Source: a candidate division WOR-3 bacterium (GTDB lineage Bacteria > Hydrothermota > Tepidihabitantia > SM23-42). From it: a stretch of 34,146 nucleotides of DNA. The stretch lies in NCBI GenBank assembly GCA_023128195.1, contig JAGMEL010000054.1, forward strand, positions 1-34,146, written 5' to 3'. A program made the position numbers and the translations under genes. Positions 34,077 through 34,146 of this stretch are shown in pieces (the stretch's first letter is position 1; each line of letters opens with the position of its first letter). The notes beneath the pieces are model-generated. The model saw only the letters and a program-made list of their open reading frames with translations, had not been told where the DNA came from and ran no database searches.

Positions 34077-34146
34077 TGGAGCAGAGCGGGCTCGAACCGC
34101 CGACCTGTACCTTGCGAAGGTACCGCTCTCCCAACTGAGCTACTGC
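34077..34146 (-). tRNA. tRNA-Ala (anticodon CGC), 5' end cut by the window edge
   Basis: The reverse complement reads GCAG-TA-GCTC-AGTTGGGA-GAGC-G-GTACC-TTCGCAA-GGTAC-AGGTC-GGCGG-TTCGAGC-CCGCT-CTGCTCC-A. The anticodon loop TTCGCAA gives CGC. T70 is compatible with the G3:U70 Ala identity pair. The first 3 nt lie outside the window. Confidence 0.8.

Noticed and set aside
1-34146. CRISPR arrays, IS elements, prophage genes and alternative genetic code
   Set aside because: No regularly spaced repeats of 25-40 nt were seen. No transposase, integrase, RT or Cas-like translations appear in the ORF track. Long genes read through cleanly with TAA, TAG and TGA all used as stops, so code 11 is sufficient.
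33771-34146. tRNA-derived direct repeats (att sites) delimiting the accessory region as an integrated island
   Set aside because: I did not notice any partial copy of the tRNA-Leu or tRNA-Ala 3' ends elsewhere in the window. The accessory region also lies on the 5' side of tRNA-Leu. A computational repeat search is needed to be sure.

Overview
AT-rich bacterial chromosomal window. Hand-counted 120-nt samples of intergenic and accessory DNA give about 30-32% GC, and some genes are clearly higher. The standard genetic code applies and most genes are on the + strand. I saw no rRNA, CRISPR array, transposase, integrase or phage structural genes. Three secreted proteins end in a T9SS-type C-terminal sorting domain (NPF...IYD..G......G.Y). 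Together with an MglA GTPase, this suggests (inference only) an uncultivated member of the FCB-type superphylum. Layout: (1) 1-8 kb is housekeeping: mglA, a zinc-ribbon ORF, dnaE, a small outer-membrane-like protein, a thioredoxin/TlpA/OsmC redox trio and a convergent T9SS cargo gene. (2) 8.7-19.4 kb holds an M1 metallopeptidase followed by a TetR-led envelope cluster: a CarboxypepD_reg/TonB-dependent-receptor-like barrel, an ABC ATPase, an ABC-2 permease, a CBM9/DUF5916-like barrel and a DUF4476-like protein. (3) 19.7-22.5 kb holds a compositionally foreign hemolysin-III gene with a coupled 34-codon upstream ORF, a 4-oxalocrotonate tautomerase, a TPR protein and a Usp protein. (4) 22.7-33.7 kb is an accessory patchwork. 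It contains a TehB-like methyltransferase, a 2-TM protein and a NUDIX hydrolase, joined by a conserved ~24-nt junction element present 3 times. It also contains a five-blade propeller fused to a transglutaminase-like domain, a histidine phosphatase, a minimal nucleotidyltransferase-fold protein, three translationally coupled SAM methyltransferases and an orphan HicB antitoxin. Two T9SS cargo genes there are bracketed by a ~150-168 bp direct repeat carrying the hicB promoter and 5' end. At least three gene remnants are present. (5) The window ends with convergent tRNA-Leu(CAA) and a partial tRNA-Ala(CGC). The most unusual signals are the repeated junction element (23322-24318), the hicB-promoter direct repeat around the cargo module (30195-33655), two related palindromes placed ~29 nt upstream of consensus promoters (8075-8108, 19576-19613), promoter-plus-terminator units that look like small RNAs (8171-8265, 11130-11260) and several putative leaderless genes. 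I could not confidently assign any of these to a known system. All functional calls come from motif recognition by eye and need database confirmation.
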